A stretch of 64,000 nucleotides of DNA from NCBI GenBank assembly GCA_015680685.1, contig MNCI01000668.1:1296715-1360714 (forward strand), written 5' to 3'. This DNA comes from Gnetum montanum. Its lineage: Eukaryota; Plantae; Gnetophyta. Made by a program: the position numbers and the translations under genes. Each line of letters starts with the position of its first letter. Position 1 is the first letter of the stretch. The notes below the pieces were generated by a model. The model was not told where the DNA came from. It did no database searches and was given only the letters and a program-made list of their open reading frames with translations. Shown in pieces: positions 12,150 to 26,949 of this stretch.

Positions 12150-15100
12150 TAACATTTCATAAAAACCTAGAAAATTCTCATGATACACTGAAAGCATCAA
12201 TGTACAAATAGAAAATTACATTAGTACATGAAACATGTCAAATATACTTAATGTCATACCCATATACTTCTATGAACAACACCAAAAACTTGTCTCACAA
12301 GCCAAATAAGGTTAGAGCACATAGGGATATAAAAAATAGCATAATGAAAAGAACCATAAATTCAATCTAGCAACATTCATGCATCATGAATCAATCTCAG
12401 GAAGTATCAAATAAAAAGCATAGATAAGAATAAATATAGTATGTAAACCATATGATTCCATAGAAGGCATATAATACAAGGAGCATGAGTCACATATATT
12501 GAGACACACAAAGGATACTCTAATCAAGGATGTTACATTATTTTCCTCTTCAAGGACCTTCCTCCAAAAATACTTGAAAATAAGCTTGTTGCCTCCTAAA
12601 TTCCATGTCTCTTTCATAAAACCTTTATTATACCAGTTTTCTTACTTTTATGTTTTCCATTCATCTGACCCAAAATTTTCATAGGTTCTTTCACATAAAA
12701 GTATTTGAGTGTAATTTTAATTCTTGCCAATTGATAATATGAGTGTTTTCTAGCACATACTTCATTAACATTGATATGTGAAACACATCATTCAAATACT
12801 CTAACTACATAGGTAAAGCTGACTGATATGTTACTAGAATGATCCTTCATAAAAATCTCAAATGGCCTAACAAAGTTAGGCAATAACTTCTTCGTTTTAC
12901 AAAATAGCATGACTTATTTAAGAGTGGATATGTATTGAAACTCATAGTCTTCCTTGGAAAATTCCAATAGTCTCTTCCTCTTCTTGTCATCTTTGAATTA
13001 TAGTCCTAAGCTATTTACAAATAGTTCATGATCAACTTAACTTATTATGTTATTTGTATCAAGATATCAACATCAACTTATTATCCATCCTCAATGGTAT
13101 CCTAACAAAGGCATGTTCAACTAGCACTCTAGTACAACACTCCATATATATTAGCTTTCAAACTAGCTTGAAAACTATTGTGATAAGAAAACTATGTCAA
13201 TGGTAACATCTAATTCCAAACATTCAAATACTATAAGGCATACGCCTAGAGCATACCCTCTGAAATCTAATTTACACAATCTATCAAACCATCATTATAT
13301 GGATGGCATGTTGAACTTAAGTTCAATTGTATACCAATTTTATCTTAGAAAGCCTTGAAACTCTAGATGTAAACATAGCATCTTCATCTAAAATGATTCT
13401 TCTAAGCACTTCATATAAATGGACCACTTTGGCTATACGTATCTATGTTGTCTCTTCTATGTTCAATGAGGTCGTCATAGGTACAAAACAAGCCAATTTT
13501 ATCAAGAGATCAATATGACATAAATAACATCTTTCTAATTATAAGATGAGGCATTCTTGTTATAAATTCTATATTAACTAAATCCAATTTCCATGTTGAA
13601 ATATCATGGGGATACAGATATCCTCCTAGTCTTTGATACTTTAGCTTTACCTACTAGCATAACAAACATATATCCAAATACTCACCTAAATACTTCTTTA
13701 AATATACCTAATAGTAGCTGCATCGAATCATTTGATACATATTTTCACTACATTAATGCATCTAATATCTACTAATATATTCCTCATCCAAGACCCTCTT
13801 CCAAATATTCTTAGGTACATAAAGCCTTCATTTGCATCTTAGCACATGTAAATCATTAATAATAATGTGCTACTTCATTTTACTTTACTTAATTTGAATC
13901 ATGTGCTTTAAGAAATAAAAATCAAAAGTCTACTAAAATTTTATCTACTCTTGTAACTTGGATTCAATCATCAAACTATTTACTTTGCATGGTATTATAT
14001 TTAGAGCATCAGCCACAACATTCTCCTTGCCCAGGTAATACTAAATGGTGTAGTCAAATTCAACAAATAACTCCCTCCATCTCCTCTATCTTAGATTAAT
14101 TTATGGTTAAATTATGATATGATACAACCCTTTATGATCTATCCAAATCATGATCCTTTTTCCACACAGATAATGCCTCCAAACCTTTCAAGTGAAAACC
14201 AAAACTCCCATCTCTAGGTCATGAATAGGATACCTATTCTCATGTGATCTCAATGGCTATGAGTCATAGGTAATAACTTTATCCTATTGCATTAACATAC
14301 ATCCAAATCCATCTCTAGATGTATCTAAGTACATATCATATGGTTTATCTAGTTCAAATGTCAATCTCTATTTTAGCTTATTAAAAGTTACCTAACATGT
14401 TGGACTCCAAATAAAAGAATATGCCCTCCTTAATAGCTTATCATCAGTGTTGTTATTCTAGAAACATTCTTCAAAAACTACTAATAATATCATACCAAGC
14501 CTAGAAAACTCCTTTTCTTATCCACATACTTTGGTATTAACCATTCTTTTATTATAGTTATCTTTATGAGATTCACAAACATTCCCTTGCCTAAAAATAC
14601 ATGTCCCAAGAACTATGTCTTCCAATGCTAGAAGGAACACTTTGATGGTTGAGCATATAATTGATTATCCTTTAAGATTTATAAAACTATTTTTAAATGT
14701 TCCTTATGTTTCTCCTTACTTCTACGATAGATCAAACTTTCATCTATAAATACTATGATAACTTAATCCAAATATGAATAGAGAAATATATTTCTCAAGT
14801 GCATGAACATCACAAAGGCATTAGTAAGGCCAAAAGGTAGGACTATGTACTCATAATATCCATACTAATTTCTAAAATCTATCTTCTTAATATCCTTTTC
14901 CTTAATTTGCACCTAATGATATCTATCTTAGAAAATATTCTTACTTCCTAAGCCTAATTAAATAAGCCTTTGATCCTTGGAAAGATATATTTATTCTTTA
15001 GTATTACCTAATTTAGCTGCCTATGGTCTAAATGCAATCTTAAATCTCCATCCTTCTTTGTCACAAATAACACATGTACTTTCCATAGTAACACATTAGA

Positions 15101-15242
15101 TCTAATCAATTCTTTATTCCAAGAGTTCCTAAATCTAAATCTTCATTTCTACAAACTTTACTTGGAATATGTGATATGATGCTTTAAAAATAGGTTCTAT
15201 AGCAAGTTTTGGTTGTTCTATTAGTACATAAATGAGGTCTTA
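12150..15242 (-). pseudogene. Decayed chromovirus (Tekay-like) pol: RT, RNase H, integrase
   Basis: VLFVTKKDGDLRLHLDHRQL (~15020-15080), FSKID (~14920), LRSHENRYPIHDLEM (~14210-14260), YEGSF and NDVFHIS (GPF region ~12770-12855). Many stops and frameshifts. Confidence 0.85.
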
Positions 15243-17750
15243 TGTAACACCCTACTAACCTAGGCTTAGGATAGATGTGTAGTATTACTTGGAAAATGAA
15301 TCACAGCATAATAACAATCAAAAAAATGCCAAGAAAATTTACAGGAAAATTTGTAGCATCCATAAGAAAAATAAGTGTAGAAGGATACCAAAAATTAAAG
15401 AATAAATTAAATATACAAATTGCAATGCTAATAGCCTCTTGCATACAAAAACTAATCTATTTGCTACTATGAGTTCAGAGCCCCTATTGCCCCAGCCAAA
15501 ATATATAATAAAAAAATAGATTTATAACATCAAAATAAATAATATAATATTCAAAACCATGCCAAGGCATTGGACCACTATCAATCGAAAAGGAATATGA
15601 AATAATAAGTTTAAAATTAATGTTACCATTTTCCAAATTAAACTTAAATAATAATAAAGTTAAGCGTGCATCTAAGACAAGCATGTACAAAGTTCACATA
15701 TGTCAACCAAAGGAAATACAACTTACAAAATAATAATTAAATAATACAACTTAGAAAAGTTAAATAAATTTCAAACTTAAACAAATACTAGAAATATGTG
15801 TTAATCCTAATCTAAGCATTGGGTTCTTTAACTACTCTTCATCATAAAAATTTGTTTCATCTAGTAGAAAAATAATGATCAGTCCACATGACTTAGTAAG
15901 AAAAATAAATTACAAGTACCTCTTTCAGGGTTTCAAAAATTAGGCATTAAGAAGGTAGATAACCATGCACACATGTCACTACATTTAAAAATATTAGCGT
16001 CAAAAATAGGTACAAACATCCAAATCATCAAATAAATAATAATGTATGGTCAATTATCCAAATAAAATTTTTCCACCATCCAACACTAATTTGTGGAAGC
16101 AAGTAATCACTCTTAATTTTAAATATCTCAAAGATTGAAAGTGTCCTCATTTTGCACAACACATTTTTATCCAATTTCAAAACAAAAAATAAAATATTCT
16201 TGTAGGACTTATTTATTGTTTTCATATCCTAAGTACCAAGGTCAGTCCAAATACTTGCTCAATTTCTATTGTTCACCACAAGCCAAATCTTCCTACATAT
16301 GGCATTCTTTAAAGACTAATATGACATGGACTTTACTACTATAGATAGCGAAGGATTACTAGAACACCTCAAGGTTCCTTTCAAACCAATCAAACATACC
16401 TCTATGCTAGTTCAACCCAAACCAACCAATGACTTACCATGAGATTGGAGCATGGTTACTCTGAATAAAATGAGACCACAATCCCATATAATAATTTACT
16501 CAAGATAATTTAATTCATCAATCATCCAAATATTATGTAGATAATTTAATTAGTAAAAAATAGGAAAACTAGCTATCTTCAATTCATTCAAAAGAAGATT
16601 GCAATTACAATGAGACCACAATCCCACATAACAACAACACTTACACACTCAATCACACATAAAAAACCAAATCCTAGGTGGTGAGAAACCATAATTAAAC
16701 TACAAAGTTTACCAAATTGGTTACCTTACATAAATAGGAATCAAAATCAACTAATGACATTTTAATAATTTTTTTAATATGCAAGATCAAATGCTAATGG
16801 ATTTTTATTTTGGTTTCTCCATCTTCCTTCTCCAAATTAACTAGTTCAAACTACATTTTCAACACTGAATCCTAATATCTAAATTTTTCATTTTCCTTGT
16901 CATTCAACATGCTAGAATTTGCTTATGAAATGTATGGAATGTTTCATCTTATGTTGTAATATCTCACACAAATTATGATAAAATCCACAATGTTGTATGG
17001 TTGCTAGAAAATTCCTTGTGGTCCATGCCATTATCATAAAAATCTTCTCAATTTGTGCATCTAACATTGAAGCAGGAATCGAGTTCAAAAATTCTAAATG
17101 AACTAAAAAACTAATGAGTTAACACAGAAACGTTTCCAAAATAAAATAGAATACAAATCAAGTCAAAAAAATAAAATTCATAATGAAATTTTAGCATGCT
17201 AATATAAATATGTATCCAAATCCAAATTGCAAAAATGTACATTCCAATTTCATTTCATCAATCATATATCATAAAACTAAAATGTGTGATAAATGAATTG
17301 ATCCAAAACTCAAAAACTAAACATTGTAATAGATTTTCCTACCTAATTGGAAGTGTTACTTCTAGAAAGCCTCATGTAGTTGAGATCTTCTAAATAGGCT
17401 CCAAACCCTAAATGAAGGTAAAGGTTAATGATTAAATCCAATCAAGATTTAAATTGAAAACCTAGTAAAAAAGCACTTACATAGATCTAGAAGGTTTCAT
17501 AGGATTCATTGGAGTTCTTCTCTTCTTTAGTAGGGCTTTCCTCTTTAGATCTACCTCCTAGATGTTTGTAAAGTGAATGGATGAATTCTAATGTAAGGAT
17601 TGTCAGGAATTTACACTCACAAGGGTATGATAGGATCAAGCTAATAGGAAAATTTTAATAGATTACTAGAACCTTAAAGAAATTACATATAACCTATGTC
17701 TAAATTAAAATATAAATAATAATTCTAAAAAGGTTCTATACCCAACGTTT
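15243..17750. repeat. LTR-like insertion interrupting the chromovirus RT
   Basis: Starts TGTAACACCC exactly where RT homology stops. AT-rich and non-coding. 22-bp direct repeat AATGAGACCACAATCCCA(T/C)ATA at ~16469 and ~16609. Right end uncertain. Confidence 0.5.
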
Positions 17751-18839
17751 GCTCTTCAAGATAGTACTTGTTAAGAATAGTATGAATATATGAATCTAGC
17801 TCCTCAATCTTCATTTCCTTTGATGTTAAATCAAATAAGAATTAGTGATACTCTTTACTTTTGTGTTGGTATTTTTATTTTTATGTAATAGGCATTAAAA
17901 ATATGTTTTTTTGAAGAAAAAGTTTCCTAGAAGGTCACAAAATGAGAAAATTGCTAAAAATAGTAAGAAGGAGTCACAATCCTTTATGTGTGGTTCATGC
18001 TTTTAGAGGCTTTATCCTCCAAAAAACTTTTACATATGGATAAATCCCTTCTCTTGTATTTACCTATCATTACTAAATTAAAGTAAATAGAAGCTCTCCA
18101 TTTCTTCAATTTTAAGTGTTGTGCAAATTGTTTAACTACTTAGGTAAAGCTCTAATGGCTTCTCCTTTTGTTCTTTTCTTGTACTCTTTTAGCATGGCTT
18201 TTGAATTTTTAGTAAACTCCCTTCCATGAATTCTTCTCTTAAGTTCTCAAATGTTCTCATCTAATAGTTTCTTTCATTTTATGAATTCTCACATGTTTTT
18301 TAGATGCATGTTCAAGTTTCATGTTCTTTAAAGTTTCTAAAGTTAAGAAAAAGCTCTCTAATGTTTCTATAAAATTATTAAATGATCTAGAAGTGGTATT
18401 ATGCTCTATTTCATGGGATTCACTCCTAATTTTCAAATTCAAGCTAATTTCTCTTATTTTCATGTTCATGTTAAAGGGTTTCAGCCCTTTTAATGTTAAT
18501 TTGATGTAAAAAGCTCATAAATCTCTTTTCATGAGCTTATATCAAGTTTCTCTAGTTTGTGTAAGTTATTTTCCATGCTTATTTTAAGTTTTTAATAGTA
18601 ATTCATATTATTTGAATAAGAATTTAAAGGTTTATGCATGTTCTTAAGGGTTTTACACATGTTGCATACTTTAGAAAAAAAATATGTTTGATGTTTATAT
18701 CTTACTCTAAGCTTACCTAAACATGGTAAGACACCTTAAAACTTATTTCTACTCTTGTTCATAAGTTTGAGCTCTCATCTCTACCGAAATTGCTTCTAAA
18801 ATTTTTTTTTTCATGGGATGTTCTCTATTTTTTGTAGAA

Positions 18840-19260
18840 CTATAATCTCAACATGACTTGTGGTAAGCACTTCCATATTTCCAAGTGGTCACAACCTTAC
18901 CATGAATTATGGTTAGACACCACAAGTTGTGGTCAACTTGTGATCTAATTTTTCAATAGTCCCATGACCCATGGTCCATATGTAAAACCATATTTGATGT
19001 ACAAGAGATACTATGAAGGTCAAAAAAATTCACCACAAGTTGTGGCTAGCTTTTGATTTCCGTAGAGTTTATTTTTCCTCTATTCTTAATGACCACAATC
19101 CATGATGGGCTTGTGGTATTATAGTATAAATTGGACATGACACATGGTGGACTTGTGATATTTCAATACGACTTGACCATGACCCATGATCAAATATCAT
19201 AACTCATGGAATTATAGCATAGCCATCCTACCACTCATGATTGCACCTGTAGTTGTTAAA
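18840..19260. repeat. Degenerate array of short palindromic motifs
   Basis: CACCACAAGTTGTGG occurs twice (~18918, ~19031); repeated CATGACCCATG and GACTTGTG motifs. Confidence 0.5.
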
Positions 19261-19780
19261 ATCAATGCCAAATAATACCAAATTTCTATTATAGACTAGT
19301 CAAAATACCTTATTCTATTGCCATATTTGATACTGCTAAATATTGCTATCTAGCTATATGAACTTCATATACTAACCAATGTCCAAGAATCAAATCCAAA
19401 TATAACAAACTAGGGGTACTTCCCCTTATTACCTATCTAGGAACTAAAATATAAAATAAATTAGCTATTTATCAAACAATAACAAAAGCATGCCAAACAT
19501 ATAATAATGATAACATACATGCCTAATGTAGAACCCTATGTGGAAATAAACTATCCAATACCTTACAGCTGCTTACTCAAAACTTCAACAAAGGGATTAG
19601 TGCATATATGTTTAAAATACAATAAAATAAAATTAAAATATCAAATATAACTTATAGAGGTAATTACAAGGTACATAGCTCAACTATGTAAATAATCCTA
19701 AAAATGTATATTACAAGCATAACACTCCAAACTATAAGGTACCAACTCAAAGCATACAATAAATTAAGGATTCAAGCACC

Positions 19781-20629
19781 TGATTGATAAATAATAAATC
19801 CATTAGTCACTCAACATAGCCTAAGATACATCAATGTTGATGCATTAATATAATTTCCATTAATGCCTATATAAATACATGTATCCACCACATTTATGAC
19901 ACCTCTTAATTATTTTGTAGATATACTCTTTTAGTTTTCTCTCATGAAAGTTGGAATATTTTTCCTTCTAAGTTCCTGCAACATGGATTGAATGAATTAT
20001 ATGGACTTTTATACGAGTACATGATGTACTTGAATACACTTGCATGGTGGAATAAAACTAAGCTTTATTACATCCATTATAACACTTGGACTTACATTCT
20101 AATTTCATTTCTTATTATTTACTTTAAATGTTAACTTACTTTTGATATAAGTAATTAAATATTTTATTATCTTACACTTGGTTAATTTGCATGAGTATGA
20201 CTAATTTCGAGCTTTAATGTATCAACACTTGGTAATCCTAGCAATGGACCACTTGGTATGCCTAGTGATGAAACACTTCGTAACCTAGCAACGTTAGTAT
20301 ATATTTAGGATGTGTACAATGAATTAGAAATGGATACTCTATGCTAGGCTAGAAAAGATTTACTTTCTACACTTAGATTAAGTAGAATAATCATCTTATA
20401 TATTGATAATTTAAAAATTATAGTAATAAAAATATAATCTTATGTCTTAGTCACACTTAACCATACAACTTGGTCCCACAAAATTGTGATTAGAAAGACA
20501 ACAATAAACATCTTAATTGTTGGTCATTTAAGCTATCCAACTAGTCCTAATTCTATGGAATTTGACTCAATCATGCATGAATACTTGCGATTCATATGGT
20601 TGGATGTAGGGTTACTTTGCTACTCATCA
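19781..20629 (+). repeat. 5' LTR of element C
   Basis: Ends TACTCATCA. Contains GCCTATATAAAT and CATGAAAGTTGGAATATT, shared with the B LTR. Start is approximate. Confidence 0.75.
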
Positions 20630-20630
20630 T

Positions 20631-20648
20631 TGATATCGTTGCCAAGAA
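20631..20648 (+). promoter_or_regulatory. Decayed tRNA-Asp PBS of element C
   Basis: TGATATCGTTGCCAAGAA versus the Athila consensus TGGCGCCGTTGCCGGGGA; transitions only. Confidence 0.6.
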
Positions 20649-21049
20649 CTTTGGTGCTAGTGTTTTAAATAACTAGAATTATTTAAGGATAGCTATTAGA
20701 ATCCAAAATGATTTATCATGTATAAGATAATAACAATACTTTATTGTAAGATACACTTATGAACTAACAATGTATCCTTCTTATAGGGCACATTTCCTAC
20801 CTACTCACAATGCAACTAGAGTCCATGATAAAAGTATAAGGACTAAGGACGATGTGCCATAGGAAGTAAAAATACTCTATAAACATCTCAATCCTTACCA
20901 TATAGACTTTACTTTCATACTTGAACAACATGAATAGATGTAATGAAGAGATCTAGAAGATAATATTATATTCCACCTAATTGTTTAGTGTAGTCAATGT
21001 TCATGACAGCATTAATGAGACTAGGGCTTGAAGTAGTAACTCTAAACTA

Positions 21050-23330
21050 TAAAGTACTATATTAAATCTCTAGAGATTACAAACTCATAGAGTCCCAATT
21101 ACACAAGGATTGAAAAATGAAAGCTTTCTATGAGGCTTCCAAAGTAAAGGGAACTTTCATTTCTCTAACTTTATAATCAGAGAAGAAAAATATTGATTAC
21201 CAATTTAGTAGATCTTAATAATAGAATCCTTCATCCTTTAGTGAAGATTATATAAACCATCCTTGATTACATTCAACCTTGGCAAGTAATCAAGAAAAGG
21301 GAAGAAAATGACTCAAGATAAGAGGAACCTCAAGGCCAAGGTCTTCTAGTAGATAATCAAAAGAATACCAAAAGCATCACAAGCAAAAAGTATGCTAGCA
21401 TTACTCTCCTAGTTCTTTACTAATATCCTCTAAATCCTAAACATCAAGCTATGATGAGGATGAACATGATCAAGGTAGAAGGGAAAATTATTTCAAGTAA
21501 CATGAAGATGATACAAGGAACCATCATAAAGATGGTAGAAGGAAAGGAAGACATGAATAAGGAAATTAGTACCATCACAAGAGGAGGTAAAGTAAACAAC
21601 ACCAAGGAATACATGGTTATGATAGGGACCATGAGGACCAAGATGCTATTATGAACTACTACTTATCATAAGAAGTATGATAAACATTTGAAAGGTATTT
21701 TATATTCCTACTAGGCATCAAAGGGATAGAAAAAATATTAGACATAAACAATATTCCAAAGTTTGAATAAGGCTATAATATAGATCCACAACATTACTTA
21801 TGAGCCTTTCACAATGTCTATGCCTTGTAGAGTATTGAAAATAAATGGAAAAAGCTGAAAATTTTTTCAAGGATACTCATCAAAGAATCCAAAAATTAGT
21901 ACTAGTCCTTAGAACCAAAATCTATCTAGAAATGAAATATGATGTTGAAATTTCTTATTGCTAAACATCAAACATACTCTAGGATCTTCAATTTGAGGAA
22001 GCAAATTTAAGGGTAAAGTAAAGGTATCCATGACTCCCTTAATGTATCCTTGGATATATACTATTCTCTTCTTCACAAATGCCTAGACCATAGCTTTTCG
22101 TAAAAGAAGTAGCTACACCATATCATAGATGGACTCCATAACAAGATAAGAGAGACTCTTACTGTCTATGTTTAAGGAATATTATTTAAGATGAATATTC
22201 ATTTAATACAAAGACTAATAAATGAAGTGTCAAAGGAAGAACCTAAACTAAAAAGAAAAAAAATGTGCATAGAAGTACAATAGGGATACCTCAATCCACA
22301 AAAAGAAGGTATGTCTTTATGCACCTAATGAAAGAATACCATTATAGGAGGTAGTTTAGAGAAAGGTCATGCCCATTCAAGAATCAATTATTAAAATTTT
22401 ACCAAAGTTAGATAAAATATGGTACTCCATTTATGAAAATTTCCAAACAATACTATAGATTATGGAGGAAAAAGTAGAACAGGGAAGAGCTAAGAATAAA
22501 GATTAAAAAAAGAAAAGAGATATAGAAATGACCTACTACTAATACAAAGAAAAAGTAGCTATAGTGGAAAAAGGTTGAAGACTCTAAGTTAAATGATAAT
22601 GGCTATGACATTTACAAATAAAAACATCTCAAGTGTGTTTCCCAATAATGTCATAGTTGTAGGAGCTTAAGACTTATACATTAAACCCAAAGTTTATTAA
22701 GAATCAAGCCCTAGGGAGGTATTAGTATTACCAATGATGACAAAACTCATAGTCATGAGAGATTCCACCACCAATGAAACAATATTTCTATAGAAAAATT
22801 GATCCATATGGATATTATGCCCAACAACTTATATCACTTAGCGAATCTACTATTCCTATACTTACCACTATTATCCTTCTAAGTAGCACAAATCTATCAC
22901 TTCACACATTGAATCTTCTTCTGCCTATATTTCTTATCCTTTGTAACACTCTTAACCTTACATCCCAAATCTCTTACCATCCACTCTACCAATGTAAGAA
23001 GAAATTCCTCTATAGCCTTAAGAACAAAATGTGACAAGGATAGTAAACTTGCAAGTGAATGGTAAGTATAAGCCTAAAAAAGAGTCATTCTTTAGACCAA
23101 TCACTCCTTCCAAATCTTCATAGGTATCTATGGCTATGGATTTGACACCAACAACCTTTCAAATAAAATTCAAGTTACCTTCAAACCAAAGCATTCTTAA
23201 TATACAAATTATCATGCTCATTCATGTAGTTATAAACTAGATAAAGGCAAGCTACCTTCTTAGAAAAATAACTAATCCAAAAATCCCTTTATTTATTTAT
23301 AGATTATAGGAAATGCACCATGAAAGATTA
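21050..23330 (+). pseudogene. gag of element C up to the protease N-flank
   Basis: Colinear with the A/B gag (DPYGYYAQQ; NIPKFE.GYN.D; IKASYLLRKITNP). Confidence 0.7.
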
Positions 23331-23699
23331 TATGAATATGATTGATATATGTAACAACCACAAAATATGAAGGCATCCAGTGATCAACATTAGATGATTA
23401 CTCCAATTCTACAATATAGATGAAGCTAGAAAGAGCCCTTACAAGTTCTTATATTGATAAGATGAATGAAATGGTGTAAATTAGATATCAACATTATGAT
23501 GCAAAACTTGAAAAGGAAGCAAAATGATATTTGAGAGATTTGAAAATTCTTGAAGAGTATGAATCAAAATCCTTGAAGCTAAAAACATTACCAAAATTAC
23601 TTGAGTATGTATTCCTAAAAAACATTAAAATGATAATTATAAATTCCTGGCTTATAAAGAAACAAAAACAAAAGTTGTTAAATATGGAAAATTGATGAC

Positions 23700-25235
23700 C
23701 AACAACCTTTACCTATTCATATGATGAAATCACAAGTATTGATCCATGTATATGCCAACATAAAATATATACATACTCTATCATTAACCCTAAGAAATAG
23801 TCATAGAGAAGATTGAATCCTAAAATAAAGTACGTAGTAAAGAAGAAGGTAAAGAAAATTCTAAAAGCTAGATTCATCTATCCTATAGCACATTGTGAGT
23901 ATGTGAGTTCACTAGTTATTATACCTAAGAAAGGTGGGTAATGGTGAATTTGCATTAACTTAAAGCTATTGAACATAACTTTCAAGGATCATTTTTCATT
24001 ACCACTCATGCACCAAGTGTTGGAAATCATTCTAGGTCACAAGTACTATAATTTTTGATAATTTTTTCTAGAGCCAAAACAAAAATTATGAGCCTAGAAA
24101 TCCTGACAATTCATAACAATAAAAGGTACAGTTAGAAAATGATGGGTAGAGCCTTCCAAAGATTCATCATGAAAACCAGCTTATTTATTTCAATTGTTTA
24201 ATATGAATTTATACAAGTAGCTATGTTCAATTTAGACATTAATAACGATCACTATTTTGAATATACATCCCATGATTATAAGACACAATCCATCTTTTAC
24301 TCATGAAATTATAATTCAAAGTCCTAGTTTAACTAATATTATTAAATGGCATTAGCATGTGGGCATTCCCATGATGCCTTTTAAAAGTAAAAGATAATGT
24401 AATGAAAATATTTCCAAAAAAAATTTGGATGTCTATAGTGGCTTATTTCAAATCTAAATAATCCCGAAATACCAAGCCAAAACAACATTCACAAGTCCTT
24501 GGGGCACCTTTGCATACAAGAAGATGTTCTTTGACCTATATAATGCACCTTTCATCTTTCAGCAACTTGTCCTTAGCATCTTTCAACAACAAGTTTCCAA
24601 TGATGTGGAAGTCTTCATGAACGACTCCTCCACATATGGATCATATTTTAAGCAAGTACTGGACCATCTAGAGTAGATGTTGAAGTAATTGTGTGGAGAA
24701 AGCTTAATTGGCAAAATAACCATTTAATAACTTAGGAGGGTACTATCTTGTGGCACTAAGTTTTAGAAAAAGGGATTGATGTAGATACAAAAAAGATAAG
24801 AGTGGTTGAAGGAATAATGCAGTAGTTACAACTAGTAAAAGATATCTAATCATTCCTTGGACTCATAGGCTATTACAAAATTTTTATTTACAATTTCTCC
24901 ATTTCCAAACCACTAGTAGTACTAACAAAGGATGCACCATTCAAATGAACCAAGAAATGTAAACACATATTTTAACTACTGAAGCATAAACTTGTAGAAA
25001 CTCCAATTCTATGAGCTATTGATTGGTATAAACCATTTCACATCATGATAAATGCATCTAATTTTACCTTGGAAGCTATGCTTACATATTTAGATGATAA
25101 AAAATGTCCATACTATATCTATTATATAAGTAAGAGTATTATAGGTACATAACTAAACTACACCACAACAAAGAACAAACTAGAGAAACTAAGACACTAT
25201 GTACTTAAATATCCAATTTTTTTATGCACACATAC
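23700..25235 (+). pseudogene. RT and RNase H of element C
   Basis: SSLVIIPKKGG, KDHFSLPL, TTFTSPWGTFAYKKM, EVFMNDSSTYG (decayed FMDD), PFHIMINASNF, LNYTTTK. Confidence 0.85.
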
Positions 25236-26949
25236 AATCATTCAATTAGCTTATGAGGCACATGAGCATGTTTTATATCCAATGAGAAATTCACCATGAC
25301 ATCCCTTCACTACTACTAGTCCACACAATGGGGATAGACCTCCAAGTTTCTCTTCTAAGTGCATAGCCACACCAACCTCAACTAATGTCATCTAGCCTTG
25401 ATTATTTCATAATCTAATTATTAGTAAACTCAAATCAAAGGAACATGTCACAAAATCTCCAAAAGTATAGATTTTAATTTGGTTTTTCTTCATCTGTGCA
25501 CATATGCATAGCAGGACCCAAGAATTTTATTATACCGAAAACCACAACAAGTTTCCTCTAGCTACACTAATAGATCCTAATTTTAATAGAGATTATAATA
25601 CCATGATTAAGTGATGATGGACATGATCATGATTTAGACCAATGATTACATATTTAAACCCTTGGAAGAAGATGGGATAAGTAATTATGTGGATGCAATA
25701 ATTGATATTATCAAAGTTCACTAACAGAGAGACTTCTAAGTCTTCTTGGCCATGAGTAGCAATGAACTAAATGGTTATCTTTGACTATTACATTTAACAT
25801 TTAATAGATCTAGACAATGGGTTAAACATGTAAAATTTTTACATGGGTATTAGTTCAACCATTTGCTTTGGTTTAGTCAAGCAATTATAGGATTGGTCTA
25901 GGATGATAAAACTGCTAATATCTATGGACTAATAGCTTAGAGTTACATTACTCTTTCAACAATCTCTTCTTCTCATTATCATTAGTTTATTATTCTCTTT
26001 TCTTTTCTTTTTCATATTTTTCTTTTTATTTATTTTTATCATCATTTATTTTTTATTTTTTCTTTCTTTCTTTTCATTCCTTATTTTTTTCATAAGATGA
26101 AAATCTTTTATGTTGCATGGGAGTCATAGGAATAATTAATGCTAGTCACCACTTGGAGTCTTTCATATACATGAACATAAAAACTCATCCCTCACCACAT
26201 GGCACACATAAGTTTAAGAACCTTATCTAATTAAGATGGATAAACACAACATCATGTGCACCTTGGTCCATTCATACTAATTAGACCCATTCAATAGTCA
26301 CAAGAATCCTTAATGACACATACTTTCCTTACTAGTGACCAAACATTCTTCCAAGATTTTGAAGCTCATACCCTAAAATATGGATCCACCACCTATCCAC
26401 AGTCTTAATAGTATTAGTTTTAATAGCTTACCATGTGAGTTTAAGATCCTTTCTGAATCTAAGCCTATTTTATCAATGATGGGTGAAACAATAGTGGATG
26501 GATGAATGTTTTTTGTGCAAACATTCCATTGACCAAGTCTCTACTTAAATCCATTTGGCACTCTCGCATCATCATCACATCTACAAGTCACCCATCCACC
26601 ATTGGCTTATTAGATAAGTATTTATAAATCACATTAATTGGTTTTTCTACCAACATAAACACACTTAGGAAAAACAACAAACTATGAATGATTGATCATT
26701 AAGCTCAAAAATATAAAAAGTACTAACTAAATAAACCAACTTTATTAAAGTACATAGGAAAAATAGTAGGAAGGAAAGAAAAAATCAACATGACATGGAG
26801 GATTCTACATCACAACTAATCCATATTTATCATCTAATAGACCTTTAAGTGCAAAACATAAGATTGATCATTAGGAACTCTCAAAAGTGAAAGATACTCT
26901 ATGTAGTGCTTCAAGTGTTTCCCATTGACCAAAAAGATCTTAGCTAGCT

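Larger units (their letters stand above)
19781..26150 (+). mobile_element. Element C: heavily decayed Athila-like element, no 3' LTR seen
   Basis: 5' LTR homologous to the A/B LTRs, followed by a decayed PBS, gag, RT and RNase H remnants and a T-rich 3' UTR. Confidence 0.8.
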
